In this document: positions 18,661 through 31,006 of the stretch, in pieces
Layout of the letters: each line of letters begins with the position of its first letter
How positions within the stretch are numbered: position 1 is the stretch's first letter
Assembly: GCA_964016885.1 (NCBI GenBank)
Contig: OZ024740.1
Span: forward strand, 37,324,001-37,388,000
DNA from: Eledone cirrhosa
Taxonomy: Eukaryota
Direction of reading: 5' to 3'
Length of the DNA: 64,000 bases
Made by a program: the position numbers and the translations under genes
The notes under the pieces: generated by a model
Databases searched by the model: none
Told to the model about the DNA's origin: nothing
The model's input: only the letters and a program-made list of their open reading frames with translations

Positions 18661-18871
18661 AATATATAAACAACTATCTGGTTGTGGAACCAACCAACCA
18701 ACCGGAAATTTATAAATCTATTATAATAAATTGAAGTGAAAGCAACTGGTGCGTGTGTTGCTTATTGGCAACATGACCCTCCCAAAGGATAACAATATCG
18801 GTTTCAACACACGTTTTCAGATAAAGAATCTTGCTAAATAAATTCAGAAACGATATATATATATATATATA

Positions 18872-19183
18872 TACTTAATTAGGAAGTGAACAACACAAAA
18901 TATTACTCCATTACCAAATGTTTATGGATCCCAGACAATAATACGTCTGGATCGTTCGTCAGACAGAGATGTCATAGATAAAAGATATGAAATGAGATTT
19001 CATATCTTTTATCTATAACATCTCTGTCTGACGAACGATCCAGACATATTTTATTGTCTGGGATCCAGAAACCTTTGGTAATGGTGTAATATTTTGTGTT
19101 GTTCACTTTCTAATTAAATAGCTCTGTTCTATACATAGAGCACTCTTTTTTCCTTTGCTTTTCCTTCGGAATTACCTAACACT
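18872..19183 (+). mobile_element. ORF-less palindromic PLE-type insert: ~120-bp inverted arms each containing a hammerhead, plus a ~60-nt tail
   Basis: Arms 18872-18993 and 18997-19120 around a GAG loop; tail GCTCTG..ATAGAGCACTC.. is shared with 32760-32820. Confidence 0.75.
19021..19087 (+). ncRNA. Type I hammerhead motif (mirror copy 18905-18970 on the - strand has GAAA>TAAA)
   Basis: CTGACGA at 19028, stem II GATCCAGAC/GTCTGGGATC, GAAACC TTT GGTA (GUA triplet). The base of stem II is mismatched. Confidence 0.7.
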
Positions 19184-19246
<63 letters not shown>

Positions 19247-19339
19247 CTTCGCTCTTAATTCCTCACTCATTCAGTGCTTCGTGACTGCCTCTTATGATTC
19301 GATTGTGCAACTGCAACTTTGGTTATCCTCATTATATAT

Positions 19340-20384
19340 ATATGTCTATCAAACTTGTTTCATGACACACCTGTGACATCATCAGTGGTACTATCATATT
19401 TCCTCCGGTTGCATTGTAATGTCTACTCCATTTTTATTTATTTATTCTTGTCCCCACTGTTTGCGTGTGTGTTCGTGTCTGTTTGTATTCTATCTTTGTT
19501 CACTAGTGTGTGTTTATGTGTGGTTGTTGTTATTGTACCTGTATATATTTATTTATTTATATTTATCTTAGGTCAGTATGGTTGTTGTTGTTATTCCATT
19601 CATTTTTTCTGTTCAACTTTGGTTTTCTTAGTTCTATTTCAGTTGCTTCTCTGGTTTGTCTACCTGTTGAGTCATTTCTAGGTTTAGATATTATTTTAAT
19701 TGCTATGTTGTCTATATTACTATCATGTCTTTTTGTCCTTTTAGTTCAACCCAGTGTTGGTCTATTCTCTCTCCTATGCTTCAGGCTGTCTCACCTATGT
19801 ATGTCGTTGTCATATTTCTGCAAGTACCCGCTGTACATCTTATGCTATAGACTACATTTCTAGTTTTACAATTTATTTGTGGATTTATTCTACATATAAC
19901 ATATTTATTATTAGTACAGTGGGTTTTCTTAAAGGGATAAGTTTTGCTGATCAGGGATTTTATAGTAGTTCCTGGCTTTTCTACCACTTTAATCTTTAGA
20001 TGCGTCTTTCTTAGGGCCTTTCTACATTGCTTAGCTAATTTCCCTCCAGGGGTTGCACCCACGAACATGACACTCTGGTTGTCGTACGATGAAGTGGCTT
20101 TCCCTATCTTATGCTCAGTCCTATCTATGATGTTCCGTGGTTTGCTCCTGTAATTACCAAGTAATTGTACAGGTAAATATAAATAATGGGCAAATCTCTT
20201 TCATGTCCATTTCTATGAGGGTCTTATATTTCTCTGTGGCTCCTTTGTACATTTGATTCTGTCTCTTTGGTTGTAGCCAGAGAATTACATGCGATTGAAG
20301 TATTGAATGTGTCTTTCCATTTCAGTTAGATCGCACATGCGGGACACATTCTTCATCACTCTTACTAAGTCTGCGATTAGAATA

Positions 20385-20387
<3 letters not shown>
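19340..20387 (-). mobile_element. 3' fragment of PLE family 2 subfamily A (thumb + GIY-YIG + 3' region), degenerate
   Basis: ORF 19781-20068 is nearly identical to 13226-13765 (TPGGKLA.QCRKALRKTHLKIKVVEKPG..YIGETA). Confidence 0.92.
19348..19389 (-). ncRNA. Minimal hammerhead motif, partly decayed
   Basis: Minus strand reads ACCA CTGATGA T GTCACA GGTG TGTCAT GAAAC AA GTT TGAT. Confidence 0.65.
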
Positions 20388-20427
<40 letters not shown>

Positions 20428-21639
20428 CGCTTTCTCTCTCTCTCTCTTCGTAATACGTGGGAAACTTATGAAAATGTGTTCAACTATTAAATTAGTAGAG
20501 TAAGAGAATTAATATAGATTTAGCAATTAGTGTAATTTGACTGCTGGGATCAGAATAGCTAGTCTGGGTACTTTTGTCAAAACTGTAATGGTAAAAATAT
20601 TTTGGGAAAGCCCTGTAACTGTTAACTCTAATTTAAGAACAAAAACTAAGCCAGTTTGGTTTTCATTACAAACAAATGTTATGATAACAGCGATTTCATT
20701 CAATCCTGGGAACAAGGTTGAGCTGACCTGCTATATTAATATAAACTCTAACATATATTCTGTTGTTGGTATCAAAGTTCTTCATACATATACAAGTAGT
20801 TTGTACAATGCGTTTTTAACCGTGTTGATTTTACACAAATACTACTACTAACTAAACGTAGTATATTTACTGCAACCGACACAACCAAGTAATTGTACAG
20901 GTAAATATAAATAATTATATTTATAGTGTATCTAAAATTGATTTAAAAAAAAGATATAATTTGGTTAGTGGGTCACTTGTTCATATGTCAATATCTTCTT
21001 CTACCTACCATACATATTTGTAATAAGTACCCACATCCAGTGCATCTTTTAAGAATTCTGTCAACGGGACACTATTTTTACCGGGTTCCTTTTTCTTCTA
21101 TGAATACTAGTCTTTAATATATACATTTTCTAGGATCATAGGAAATTCCCTGGCCCGGGTACTTATATACTCATGTATCCGTTCTTGAAATCAGACACAC
21201 CCGCTTCATCGCTTCATACTTGTTAGAAATAGAATGTTTACATATTATGTTAGCATCACTGTACACTGCAGAATATCAATGCCATATCTTCGACTATATT
21301 TTATTTTTTTTATTTGTTCACCTGCTTATTAACTCTCATCAAATATTAGGGTCTTTGTATTTTTCGTCTATTGTCATCGCAAGTCCATGCTCGCACAGTT
21401 ATTTAAACACTCAAGTAGTAAAACTAGCTCTTCATACTTGGTATTACCCGCTGTTATAAATAATTTAAACCAATTATACATGTGATTAAAATATATTTTA
21501 GTAAAGGCGGAATATTTATTCACGGCCACTATAGGAAAACTAAGAAACCTCTACGTAATTTCTGAGCCTACTAAAAATAACAGCCGGATATACAAAAGGT
21601 GGGGTGGTTATAACTGAAGTGTCTTAGATGCGGTTGACT

Positions 21640-22048
21640 CAGGGGCCAGACTTTCACCTGCTGAAGCCCTAAACTATATGAAATTTGAGGCCCTTCTCTA
21701 AAAGAAATTCGGGTAACAAATGTTTAAATAATTATACATGATTATTATTTATTAATAATCATGTATAATTATTGATCTGAGTTCAAATCCCGCCGAGGTT
21801 GACTTTGCCTTTCATCCTTACGGGGTCGATAAAATAAAGTACCAGTAATGCACTGGATAATTGCTGGCCTTGTACCTAAAGTAGAAACAATTATTATTTA
21901 TTAATGATTAATAATGAGGACTGTTTGTATTTTGATGATTTAGTGTTAAATAATAAAAGCTAATGATAAAATATAAATGTATTTTAAAGAACGATCCCCC
22001 ACGAGGGTGTGGACCCTAAGCTATAGCTTATAGGCAAGTCCAGCACAA
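21640..22048. mobile_element. Possible degenerate MITE with short TIRs, interrupted by a SINE
   Basis: CAGGGGCCAGACTT.. and ..AAGTCCAGCACA are imperfect inverted termini; GCCCT-type subterminal motifs. Confidence 0.3.
21774..21892 (+). mobile_element. 5'-truncated tRNA-derived SINE (family S1)
   Basis: B-box GAGTTCAAATCC, core GCCTTTCATCCTTACGGGGTCGATAAAATAAAGTACCAG, 3' end GTAGAAACAATTA; flanking ATTATTATTTATTAAT duplication. Confidence 0.9.
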
Positions 22049-23583
22049 GGTTAACTTGTCTCCTGTAACCCCGAAACTGATTTTTCTTTATGACTATAAA
22101 TAGGTCTGTGTAATTCTTATTATTCTTTTATGTAAATAAAATATTTCTAATATTTCTCAAAGCAACCAAACAGCAATGAGTTTAGGATCCAGGAATTGTT
22201 GTTTATAACTCTTGAAATAATGAAAATAGTGTTAGCACAATTCATAGACAATTTCTGACAGGAGCCGCAAGATGTGTGGATGATTACTATTACTGATGTA
22301 ACCCCTAAGGTGTAGTATATTTCAAAAGAAACTGCGCTTTAAAAAATGTAATACAGTCGACAAAATAAAATAATAATAAATTCATATCTATCACATACGA
22401 TTTTTGTAGTGTTTTAATTTGAAGGATACGTGAAAGGGTTAGAATAAAATGATAAATAACTACAGGCGAAATATGGAATAGCTTCGCCATGTAATTCAGT
22501 TGGGTACAATTTAGCTTGAATATAGTTCCAAAACAAGAGTGGGTTTAACTTATACACACACACACACACATATATATACATACATACATACATACATACA
22601 TACATACAGAGTTTCGTCGTCTTAAATATTTTAAGAATAACAAAATCTTAGTGTCAATTTAATTCACATAAATTTGAAGTTTTATCTGTGGAAGAATTCA
22701 TCAAATGGCCTGTGAAAATACAAACACACAAATGTTATCCTGTTTATAAAATAGCCTTTGAACTACGAAAAGAAAACACAAAGGAACATTTAGGAATTTT
22801 ACTATTAAATAATAATAAATTCAGAATTTTCTCTTCTGGCATTAGTAGAAACTACCTTCTTGAAAATGAAAAATACGGCTATTTCCTTTATTAAAATTAG
22901 TTACGCACATAACAGTTACGCAGACCATACAATAATTCGTTTGAAAATATCTGGTAATATACATCTGGTTTCTTGTAATTTACACATGAATTATTATAGT
23001 AGCTAATTTACCTTTCTTCACTAGCTGTAACTATAAATTGTAGTTAATATAACTTATATAGGTACTGTTTTTATTTTGTTTTGATTGTTGCTTTTTCTCA
23101 AATGATTTGCCTTTGGAACAGAATTTTATGAACATAAATTTTAAGTATGTTCGTTGTATGCTGAAATGCAGTAAAATCCAGAGAATATTGTGGGCGTGTA
23201 AAGTAATTTGTTGTGATTTATTTATTAATATTATATAGGAATATCATTTACAAAATCAACAAAGCTGTGCCATGTTAGTTTAACAGGGGAAATAACTCAT
23301 CTTTACTAACTGATAACAACACGCTTGCACGTATTTGTCCCGTTTTCAAGACTGTTGGTCGACTCGTAATATACAAATGAATTTAGCTTTGAATAATAAA
23401 GATTTAGTGTTGTAATGTTTTACATTTTATAACTGTAGTTAGTAAGTTAGGAATTGATTTAACAGTCGAAAACTTGATTGAAATAGTTTAGTCATTGAGT
23501 GAAGACACGCCCTATCTCAAGAAATCGGGACAACGGTTGACCGGAGCTATTTTCAGAAATGTTCACTTAATTTGTTTCGTAAT

Positions 23584-23636
<53 letters not shown>

Positions 23637-23637
<1 letters not shown>

Positions 23638-23832
23638 TAAAGAGTTAAACAAGATTCAATGAGTACATCAAAGAATGAGTTTTACAGTAGATTGTACCTT
23701 GATTAAATCTTAACCATTTGGCATGTCATGTATCATTTTATTTTATCTGATGAGGACGTATTGTTGTAACTCTGAAATATGTATAATACAATTTAATTGA
23801 TCACAAGAACATCTATTTTATTAATATTTGTA

Positions 23833-23838
<6 letters not shown>
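23637..23838 (+). mobile_element. Decayed PLE 3' remnant with a hammerhead motif (23739-23792) between (TA)n tracts
   Basis: TATTTTAT CTGATGA GGA..TCT GAAA TATGTA TA ATACAAT; the upstream frame ends in a stop-riddled IKE..P.LN resembling a GIY-YIG C-terminus. Confidence 0.55.
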
Positions 23839-23893
<55 letters not shown>

Positions 23894-24148
23894 TTAAGGA
23901 TACTATTTATGGTTATGTATATACTAAAACTTTTTATAGTTATATATATTTTAAACCCTAAACAGTGAAAGACAGTAATTTATTACTACCTTATAATAAT
24001 TTAACTTAATACATCAAACATCCAATACGGAATCATCGTTAATTATGTGAAGGACATATAAACTATATATTACGTTTCCTGAATTGTGAAAATGGTGGTG
24101 TATACAAAAACCATATCATTATTTTGCTTCTCATTATTTTGCTTCTCA

Positions 24149-24262
24149 AAGTTAAATCCCGCCGAGGTTAACTTTGCCTTTCATCCTTACGGGGTCGATA
24201 AAATAAAGTACCAGTAATGTACTGGGTAATTTCTGGCCTTGTGCCAATAGTAGAAACAATTA
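24149..24262 (+). mobile_element. 5'-truncated SINE S1 with target duplication
   Basis: Same core; ATTATTTTGCTTCTCA occurs twice upstream and once downstream. Confidence 0.9.
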
Positions 24263-25269
24263 TTTTGCTTCTCATTTATACTATTTCTCTGCACACAAGC
24301 TTCTTTATCATACACAAAAAATACCTTACCACTACAACCTCCATAATACTCTTGATTACCCGCTTAAAGTGCTTGTATTGCATATAACACCCTGCCGCAC
24401 AATAATCATATATAAATAAGACACACGTACATGCCCCACGTGTAACTAATGCATACAATAACTACTACAACTGACTAACAAACTATCCTCTTGCATTATC
24501 TACGTTAACAGCCTATGTTGTATTTTAATTTTAATTTTGCTTTAATTCTGTTTTAATATGATTTGAATTTTTGAATTTAAATTGCCATTCAGAAATAATA
24601 TAATATAGGTCACTCCACTGTACATCAATATATACATATGTTTCTGTATGTCTCTTGCGGTGGAAAGGAGGTATGTATGTATACAAACATTGAAAAATGC
24701 ACCGAAGACACCAAGCTTCGGTTTGGATGAAACAATTGTAAGCTAATAAATAGTTTGAACATAACTTTGATTCCTGTGAATTATATATATATATATATAT
24801 AAGATGTAGAGTCAGCAATTTGAACCTTAGCTGTGTTTTAAGCTTTAATTTGCTGACACTGAAAAAACAACTAAATGCAGAATTCTCCGAATAGTGTAAT
24901 CAAATGACTAAAGCAGTCATAAATAGATCCTCTGTTATAATTTCCATTCACAACTAGGATACATTATAGGAATATAAACTGACTCCAGTACTTGGACCTT
25001 AGCTGCTATTCTATTTTATTGGTTCCGGGAGGGGATCTCTGAGGAACGATTAGTGAGTTATGATTTAAAATAAAATATCCTCATGTGTTCATAATAAGTA
25101 GACTATATTTAGTTCGTGAAAAAAAATAGGTATTATGAATATTAAATGCTATTAAAGTGTAATACGAAACTATTTGTCTGAATAAACTCTATAGTTGATA
25201 GCTAACTGACAATCATTACTACACAGACGACGAGACAATGTTGATTACGTAGAGTTTAATAAGTTAACC

Positions 25270-25375
25270 TATATCTGTTTACTGTTTTCTACAAATCACA
25301 TCTGTTTACTTGTTTCTACAATGTACATCTGTTTACTACAATTTACATCTGTTTACTGGTTTCTACAATTCACAC
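25270..25375. repeat. Short degenerate tandem repeat (ACATCTGTTTACT..TTCTACAA)
   Basis: About four visible units. Confidence 0.7.
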
Positions 25376-25852
25376 AGCTGGTTGCCCTTCCTAACATCAG
25401 CCATTTTATAAAGTGTTCTGGGTCCATTTCTTATAGTACCAGCACTAGGGATGTTGCCATGCCCATGACAAGATTGAAGGTTATCTATTAAAACATCATA
25501 ATATCTTTTTTTGGCTTTTGCTGGGGATTCTTACTGATAACTAATTCACCATAAATTGTTTTGGTAAAATCTTGGTGATGGGTGACATGACCAACCTATC
25601 ACATCTGATACCTGATAAGGTAAACTCTAATGGCCAAACTGTCTGCTGTTTATCAGCACTTCTGTGTCAAGTGTAAGAGTTTTCTAAATTATCTTTAACA
25701 AGGGGTCAGTAAAACCCTTCAGTTTGTGTCAAAAGACATGACAACTTTTTCTCTGTACTTGATAATGACCGTACATAAGTGGGGTGCAGACCTCCTCGGT
25801 CCAACCCTTGCTAGCAGGGAAAACAAGCTTTAAATGATGGTGATGATGATGA

Positions 25853-26020
25853 TATGCCTTAAACACTTCTGATGGAACTTTTCAATGATTTTGATATGCC
25901 ATGGACAAGTTGTTCATCTCTCCGATAGGTGTAGCAACAAACCTTTGATGACAGTTTCAAGTCTCTGTCTGACCAAATTTGTTTTTCAAATCAGATTGAA
26001 GCCTTATCAATTCTCAAATT
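25853..26020 (-). pseudogene. Old RTE-like RT C-terminal fragment
   Basis: Minus strand gives RIDKAS..QIWSDRDLKLSSK..EKFHQKCLRHI with disruptions. Confidence 0.5.
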
Positions 26021-26188
26021 GATTTGAGAAATCAGGGATCTCTTCCTAGAGACAGAATTACTAAAAATCCAATAGACCAAAAATCTGGCTCCCTGATCAA
26101 AGTATATTTAGTTCCACGTCTGGAGCAAGTATAAACATCACCTAGTTCCATATATCACTCACTTGGAGCTAATGTAAACATTACAGAA

Positions 26189-26376
26189 GAGTGGATTGGC
26201 AGTATCGGTAGAAGTTCGGACGCCATGCTTTCCAGCATAGTTACGTCCCTTTACGATCTGAGTTCAAATCCCGCCGAGGTTGACTTTGCCTTTCATCCTT
26301 ACGGGGTCGATAAAATAAAGTACCAGTAATGCACTGAGTAATTACTGGCCTTGTGCCTAAAGTAGAAACAATTATT
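26189..26376 (+). mobile_element. Full-length tRNA-derived SINE S1 (Deu/Nin-like central domain)
   Basis: A-box TGGCAGTATCGG, B-box GAGTTCAAATCC, conserved core, (ATT)n end; nearly identical to 60283-60466. Confidence 0.92.
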
Positions 26377-26974
26377 ATCTTAGTATCTTGTTCCAAGTGT
26401 GCTCCAACTTCGACAAACTGAAGTTATAAAGGTCTTCAATTTAGTTCTGAGATGAGTCAGGTGAAGTAATTTACCTGCTATGTGATAGCAAAGATAACTA
26501 ATTCACAATCCTGAAATGCATGGTCAATTGCAGCAACAAAGTTTGCAGAGAATAAAGTTGGTGCAAGTGTACTCCTCTCGTACTTGACACCATTTTATAA
26601 TCATCATTTATTTCCTAGTGTCAAAATTTTTGCCGTATACTTTGCGACCTGGTCACTGATGCAACTCCAGTCAAGTTCCTTGGCTTTTCGTTATTTATTG
26701 AATGTGAAGATTAAGATAAAGTTGTCGGTTTATTTTATCACCGTCTATATATACGTTTCTATTGAAAGAAGGAAAACTTAATAATCAAAGTATTATATCT
26801 CTTATATCCTTCCATACTTAAGATTCATGACTATCAAACCACGAGACCAGTGTTCGCCAGTTACATAAAAAAAATTCTCTCTGGTACCTCGCCTTCTGTT
26901 AGTTGCCTAAGTGCTTGCTTAATTTGTTTTTTTCTTCACCCGGATCGTCCTACATATATATATTTGTGTGCTGA

Positions 26975-27250
26975 AATGTGGTGCTGTGTGTGTGTTGAAT
27001 AAACTGTTTTAACATGGTGCTGTGTGTGTATTAAATAACCTATGTTTTAACGTGGTGTTGTGTGTTGAATAAACTATGTTTTAACGTGGTGTTGTGTGTG
27101 TTGAGTAAACTATGTTTTAACGTGGTGTTGTGTGTTTTGAGTAAACTGTTTTAACGTGGTGTTGTGTGTTTTGAGTAAACTATGTTTTAACGTGGTGTTG
27201 TGTGTATGTGTGTTGAATAAACTGCTTTAATGTGGTGCTGTTTGTATGTG
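26975..27250. repeat. ~36-38-bp minisatellite (TTTTAACGTGGTGTTGTGTG..GAGTAAACTATG), ~7-8 units
   Basis: Direct reading. Confidence 0.9.
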
Positions 27251-28071
27251 TGTGTAAATGTATAAATATTTGTCTTCATGGGTTGTTTAATGTACTCAAT
27301 GAAGGTTTCTGTACCGCAGACTGTCTGACTTTTGTAATTAAAAAAAAACCGCGTTCGCAATGTATCGATCAGAGTAAGCTATTGATATATTGTGATGGGG
27401 GGATGAATTAGAGTTAATGGTAAATACATAAATGTCTAGGGTGCAGTTAAAAATAAATTATTTCACATGTTTCGTCTAATTTCCCTTTTTAGCAGACATG
27501 CATTTTGTGACGTGGGCGACTATTTCCTTTGACGCAAACTACTTAAGCGAACACTTTCCGTACTTAACGACGGGCCATTCCTTAAATAAAGCAATATTGA
27601 TGAGTCATCAGATATATTATCTTTCACTCGTTTTATAAATAAAACAACAAAACCTATGGTTTTATTTCCGAATATTTTTTTAAGCAAACATTTTACTAAA
27701 TTGACCAATGATTGTTTATGATGTTTTTTCTTGAAATATATACGAAGAATATCTCCTTTGTGTATATTGTTAATTATGAGAAAGACAAAAAAGGTGAGAG
27801 CGGAGAAATAGGGTATGTTTGAGTGAGGTGAGAGTGAAAGGGGATAAGAGGCGCAACTGACGAAGAAATGTGTTTTGAAGTGAAAAAAAATATACACCAT
27901 AACTAATATAATAATGTTACTTTTGACTAATACTGTTCTTGTCGTTTATGTTGTACCTCGCCCTATGTCTTCAAGTTTTATTCTGAAACCAATAACGACT
28001 GTTCCACCTGCTAAAAACAACGAAATTTCCCTCAGATTATACCCTGCTTTCAAAGGTACTCCATCTACCAA

Positions 28072-28382
28072 GGGTACACTCCATCGGATTACGACAACAA
28101 GTGTTCCAGTTAATACGATGAACAGAACAGCCTGCTCATGAAATTAATGTGCAAGTGACTGAGCATTCCACAGACAAGCATACCCGTAACTTAGTTTTCA
28201 GAGAGATTCATCGTGGCAGAGAATGTGACAAGGCTGGCTCTTCAAATTACAAGTACAACTCATTTTCGTCACCAGAGTGGACTGGAACAACGTGAATAAA
28301 GTGTCTTGCTCAAGGACCAAACGCACCACTGGGGATTGAACTCTTGACATTACGAGCATGAGCCAAATACCCTAAGCACTTC
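28072..28382 (-). mobile_element. tRNA-derived SINE family S2 (CORE/Meta-like GTCCTTGAGCAAGACACTT motif)
   Basis: Minus-strand B-box GAGTTCAATCCC followed by GTCCTTGAGCAAGACACTTTATT; the same motif occurs at 29615-29650 and 38465-38500. Confidence 0.7.
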
Positions 28383-28439
28383 ACAGTTCTAGATATACCC
28401 AAAACGACAATTGGGATTACTTTTATCATAGGTGTGTTA

Positions 28440-28700
28440 TATCAGGGTTGAACTGTCAGTATTATGAGGTCTTTTTCATCAGTACCTGAAGTTGTCTGTA
28501 AAAGTTCCACATAGAACCTGTCCTTTTGGTCTTTACTTTGTCCTGCCTGTGGAGCATAGGTAGATCTAATTGTCACCATTCTATTTCCTACCGCCTTTCT
28601 AAGCTTGATGATTCTGTCACTTATTTTAGATATTTCTATCACCTCCTCCATCTCACTTCTTGTACACTGCATATATCTACTTCTTTTCTCTCTAACAGTT
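28440..28700 (-). pseudogene. RTE AP-endonuclease fragment
   Basis: ISDRIIKLR..STYAPQAG..KDRFY..LII, homologous to 53640-53810. Confidence 0.8.
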
Positions 28701-28749
28701 CCACAATTTCTCCTGATTTATCTTTCAGGGTGCCAATATATATAACTGT

Positions 28750-29740
28750 AGAGGCGGCAAATTGGTAAATTCATTAAGACGTCGAATAGAATGTTTTACA
28801 GTATGCATCCCATCTCATTGCATGCTCTGAGTGCAAATCCCGCCGTGGTCAACTTTGCCTTTCATCCTTTTGAGATCGATAAAAAAAGTACCAGTCCAGT
28901 ACTGGAATCGATTCTTCCTCTATACAAAAAATCTGCTGTGTTGGGCTGTAAAGGATTGGACTCCACCAGGTTTAAATATTCCCTAGACACGCTGTATAAT
29001 GGTGCCTCTACGACTCCACGAGGAGTTATGGGATAAAAGAGAGAAAGAAAGAGATATATAACCATATGTATATGCATGTGTGCAGTGTCAAGCAATATGG
29101 TTTCTCATGTAGTTAAGACAGTTCTAAATATCTCATATCTTTTCTATTCCAATACTTCCCCAAGCTCCTATTATATTAACTTCTAACATAGGCACAAGGC
29201 AAGCAATTTGTGGGGAGAATAATATCAACTATACTGATCCCAGTACTTCACTATTTTATCGACCCTAGAAGGATGGAAGGCAATGTTGACCTCAGTGAGA
29301 TTTTCTGAGCCCCTATTATGACAATTGTTTCTACTTTTGGCACAAAGCCAGCAATTTGAAGGGAAGGAGAAAGTCAATTAAATTGACCCCAGTGCATTAC
29401 TGGTGCTTTATTTCATCAACTCCGTAAGGATGAAAGACAAAGCTAGCCATAGCAGTATTTCAACTCAGAACATAAAGGGCCGCAACTATCAACAAGATCC
29501 CAGACCTCATTTGCTTAACGAGTTGGGTGGAAGTCGTCAAATCAAACCGAGAAAACAATGTTTCTATTGGTTTTTCCAATTGCTAAAACTATGTCGGTCG
29601 CAACTCGGGCAGAAGGAGCAATGTGAAATAAAGTGTCTTGCTCAAGGACATAACGCATCACTCGATCTAGGAATCAAGATCACAACCTCACGAACACGAA
29701 TCCTATTCTCTAACCACTCAGCCACGTGCCTTCACTGTTA
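28750..29740. mobile_element. Cluster of older SINE copies (S1-related at ~28752-28905 +, 29188-29300 -, 29320-29480 -; S2 at ~29605-29735 -)
   Basis: Diverged matches to the S1 core and the S2 motif. Confidence 0.7.
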
Positions 29741-31006
29741 TGTGATAGACTCCATCCTGTAACAATATGTCGCAAAATATATTGTCCGACATTACAATAA
29801 TAACAAAAATTAGCAATACTCCTTATATTTGTTTGGTTTCCAGTTCTATTTCTTTATGATTGTATCTATTCGGATATTTTAGACCTTGTATTTCTGTGTA
29901 AAGGTTTTAACACATCTGCTAGTGGCAATGCTAACTTTCCCTCATTAGCCTTTATATTACTCTATATATACTATTATATTTTCATGGTGGAGGCTTTATC
30001 TCGCATAATTCTCTCACATAATATCAAATCTGAGATTTTGATACTACTCTTTTACCTGTTCCAGCCATCCGGCTGAGGCCATGCTAGGGCACCGCATATA
30101 TACTATATATTTTGAGAACAATACCTTAACATAAGTATGAGCAGCCAGTAACAACTGATTTGAACAGAAAGAAGTTAGAGAATTTTGGCCGGATACAGCT
30201 GGTTTAAATGCTAAAGGGTTAATGATGATATCCATGTTTTAATTGTTTGTCTATTGATAGCTGTATAATTATGGTATGTTTTCTTAATGTGTCACATTAC
30301 AAATAATGCAAGTATACCAGCTTTCTGGTGTTTCATTTAACTTGTAACTTTCCTTGTATTTCAGTTCATATACCTACTAATTTTGTCATTTCTCCCTTCC
30401 TCCTTCTCCTCCCTTCTCTCTCTCTCTCCATTATATATATCCATACACATATACACACACACACACACACACATATATGTATATACACAAACACACACAC
30501 ATACGTTATATAAATCTTTATTTAGCTGATATAGAACCCCCAGACACAAAGTAAATTCCATTGTTTTGTCAAATTGCCCAGAAAGACGTTTTTTTTTTTT
30601 TTTTTGTTTTTTGGAACAGTTTATTGTTTCAGTATCTGATGTTTGGTTCTATACAACCAATGGAAGCTGTTTTTTTGCCTCTTCTACATTTCATCCATAT
30701 TACAGATTTTACTTAGTTTATTGAGTTAGCATTAGTTTCTGTAAGGTATTGTCCATGTAAAGCTATATTTTCAATATCTGTTGTTTTTCCATCCTCATTA
30801 CAACTATTGAAGACAGAAATATATATATATATATTTAAAGTATGGGTTTAACCGAACCAAGATGTGCAGACCACATTATTGTCTGTCAGTTGTGAAGTAG
30901 ATAAAAACAAGCGCTCAACGACATGTATAAATGGTGCAAGCTGGAGCATTAATATATATATATATTTTTTTTTTATTTAGTTACATAATAAACAACACAA
31001 TATAAT

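Larger units (their letters stand above)
16667..18852 (+). mobile_element. Penelope-like element (family 2, subfamily B), 5'-truncated, head-to-head with the previous copy, carrying a 3' tail
   Basis: RT ORFs 16659-17330 and 17360-18205 (SMDVVSLYPSI, RYVDD, NVVY..YIGET); 3' end ATGACCCTCCCAAAGGATAACAATAT followed by ~55 extra nt and then (TA)n. Confidence 0.92.

Noticed and set aside
20527-21100. Possible host exons (Cys-rich + frame near 20540-20625; AG/GT-bounded - strand segment ~21010-21099)
   Set aside because: In-frame stops or no recognisable homology; cannot be supported without RNA data.
26189-26376. tRNA gene
   Set aside because: A and B boxes are present but there is no cloverleaf; it is the head of a multi-copy SINE with TSD-flanked copies.
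30100-30222. piggyBac-like terminus AAAGGGTTAA (also ~60193-60202)
   Set aside because: Only single ends are visible, with no matching partner TIR or transposase.
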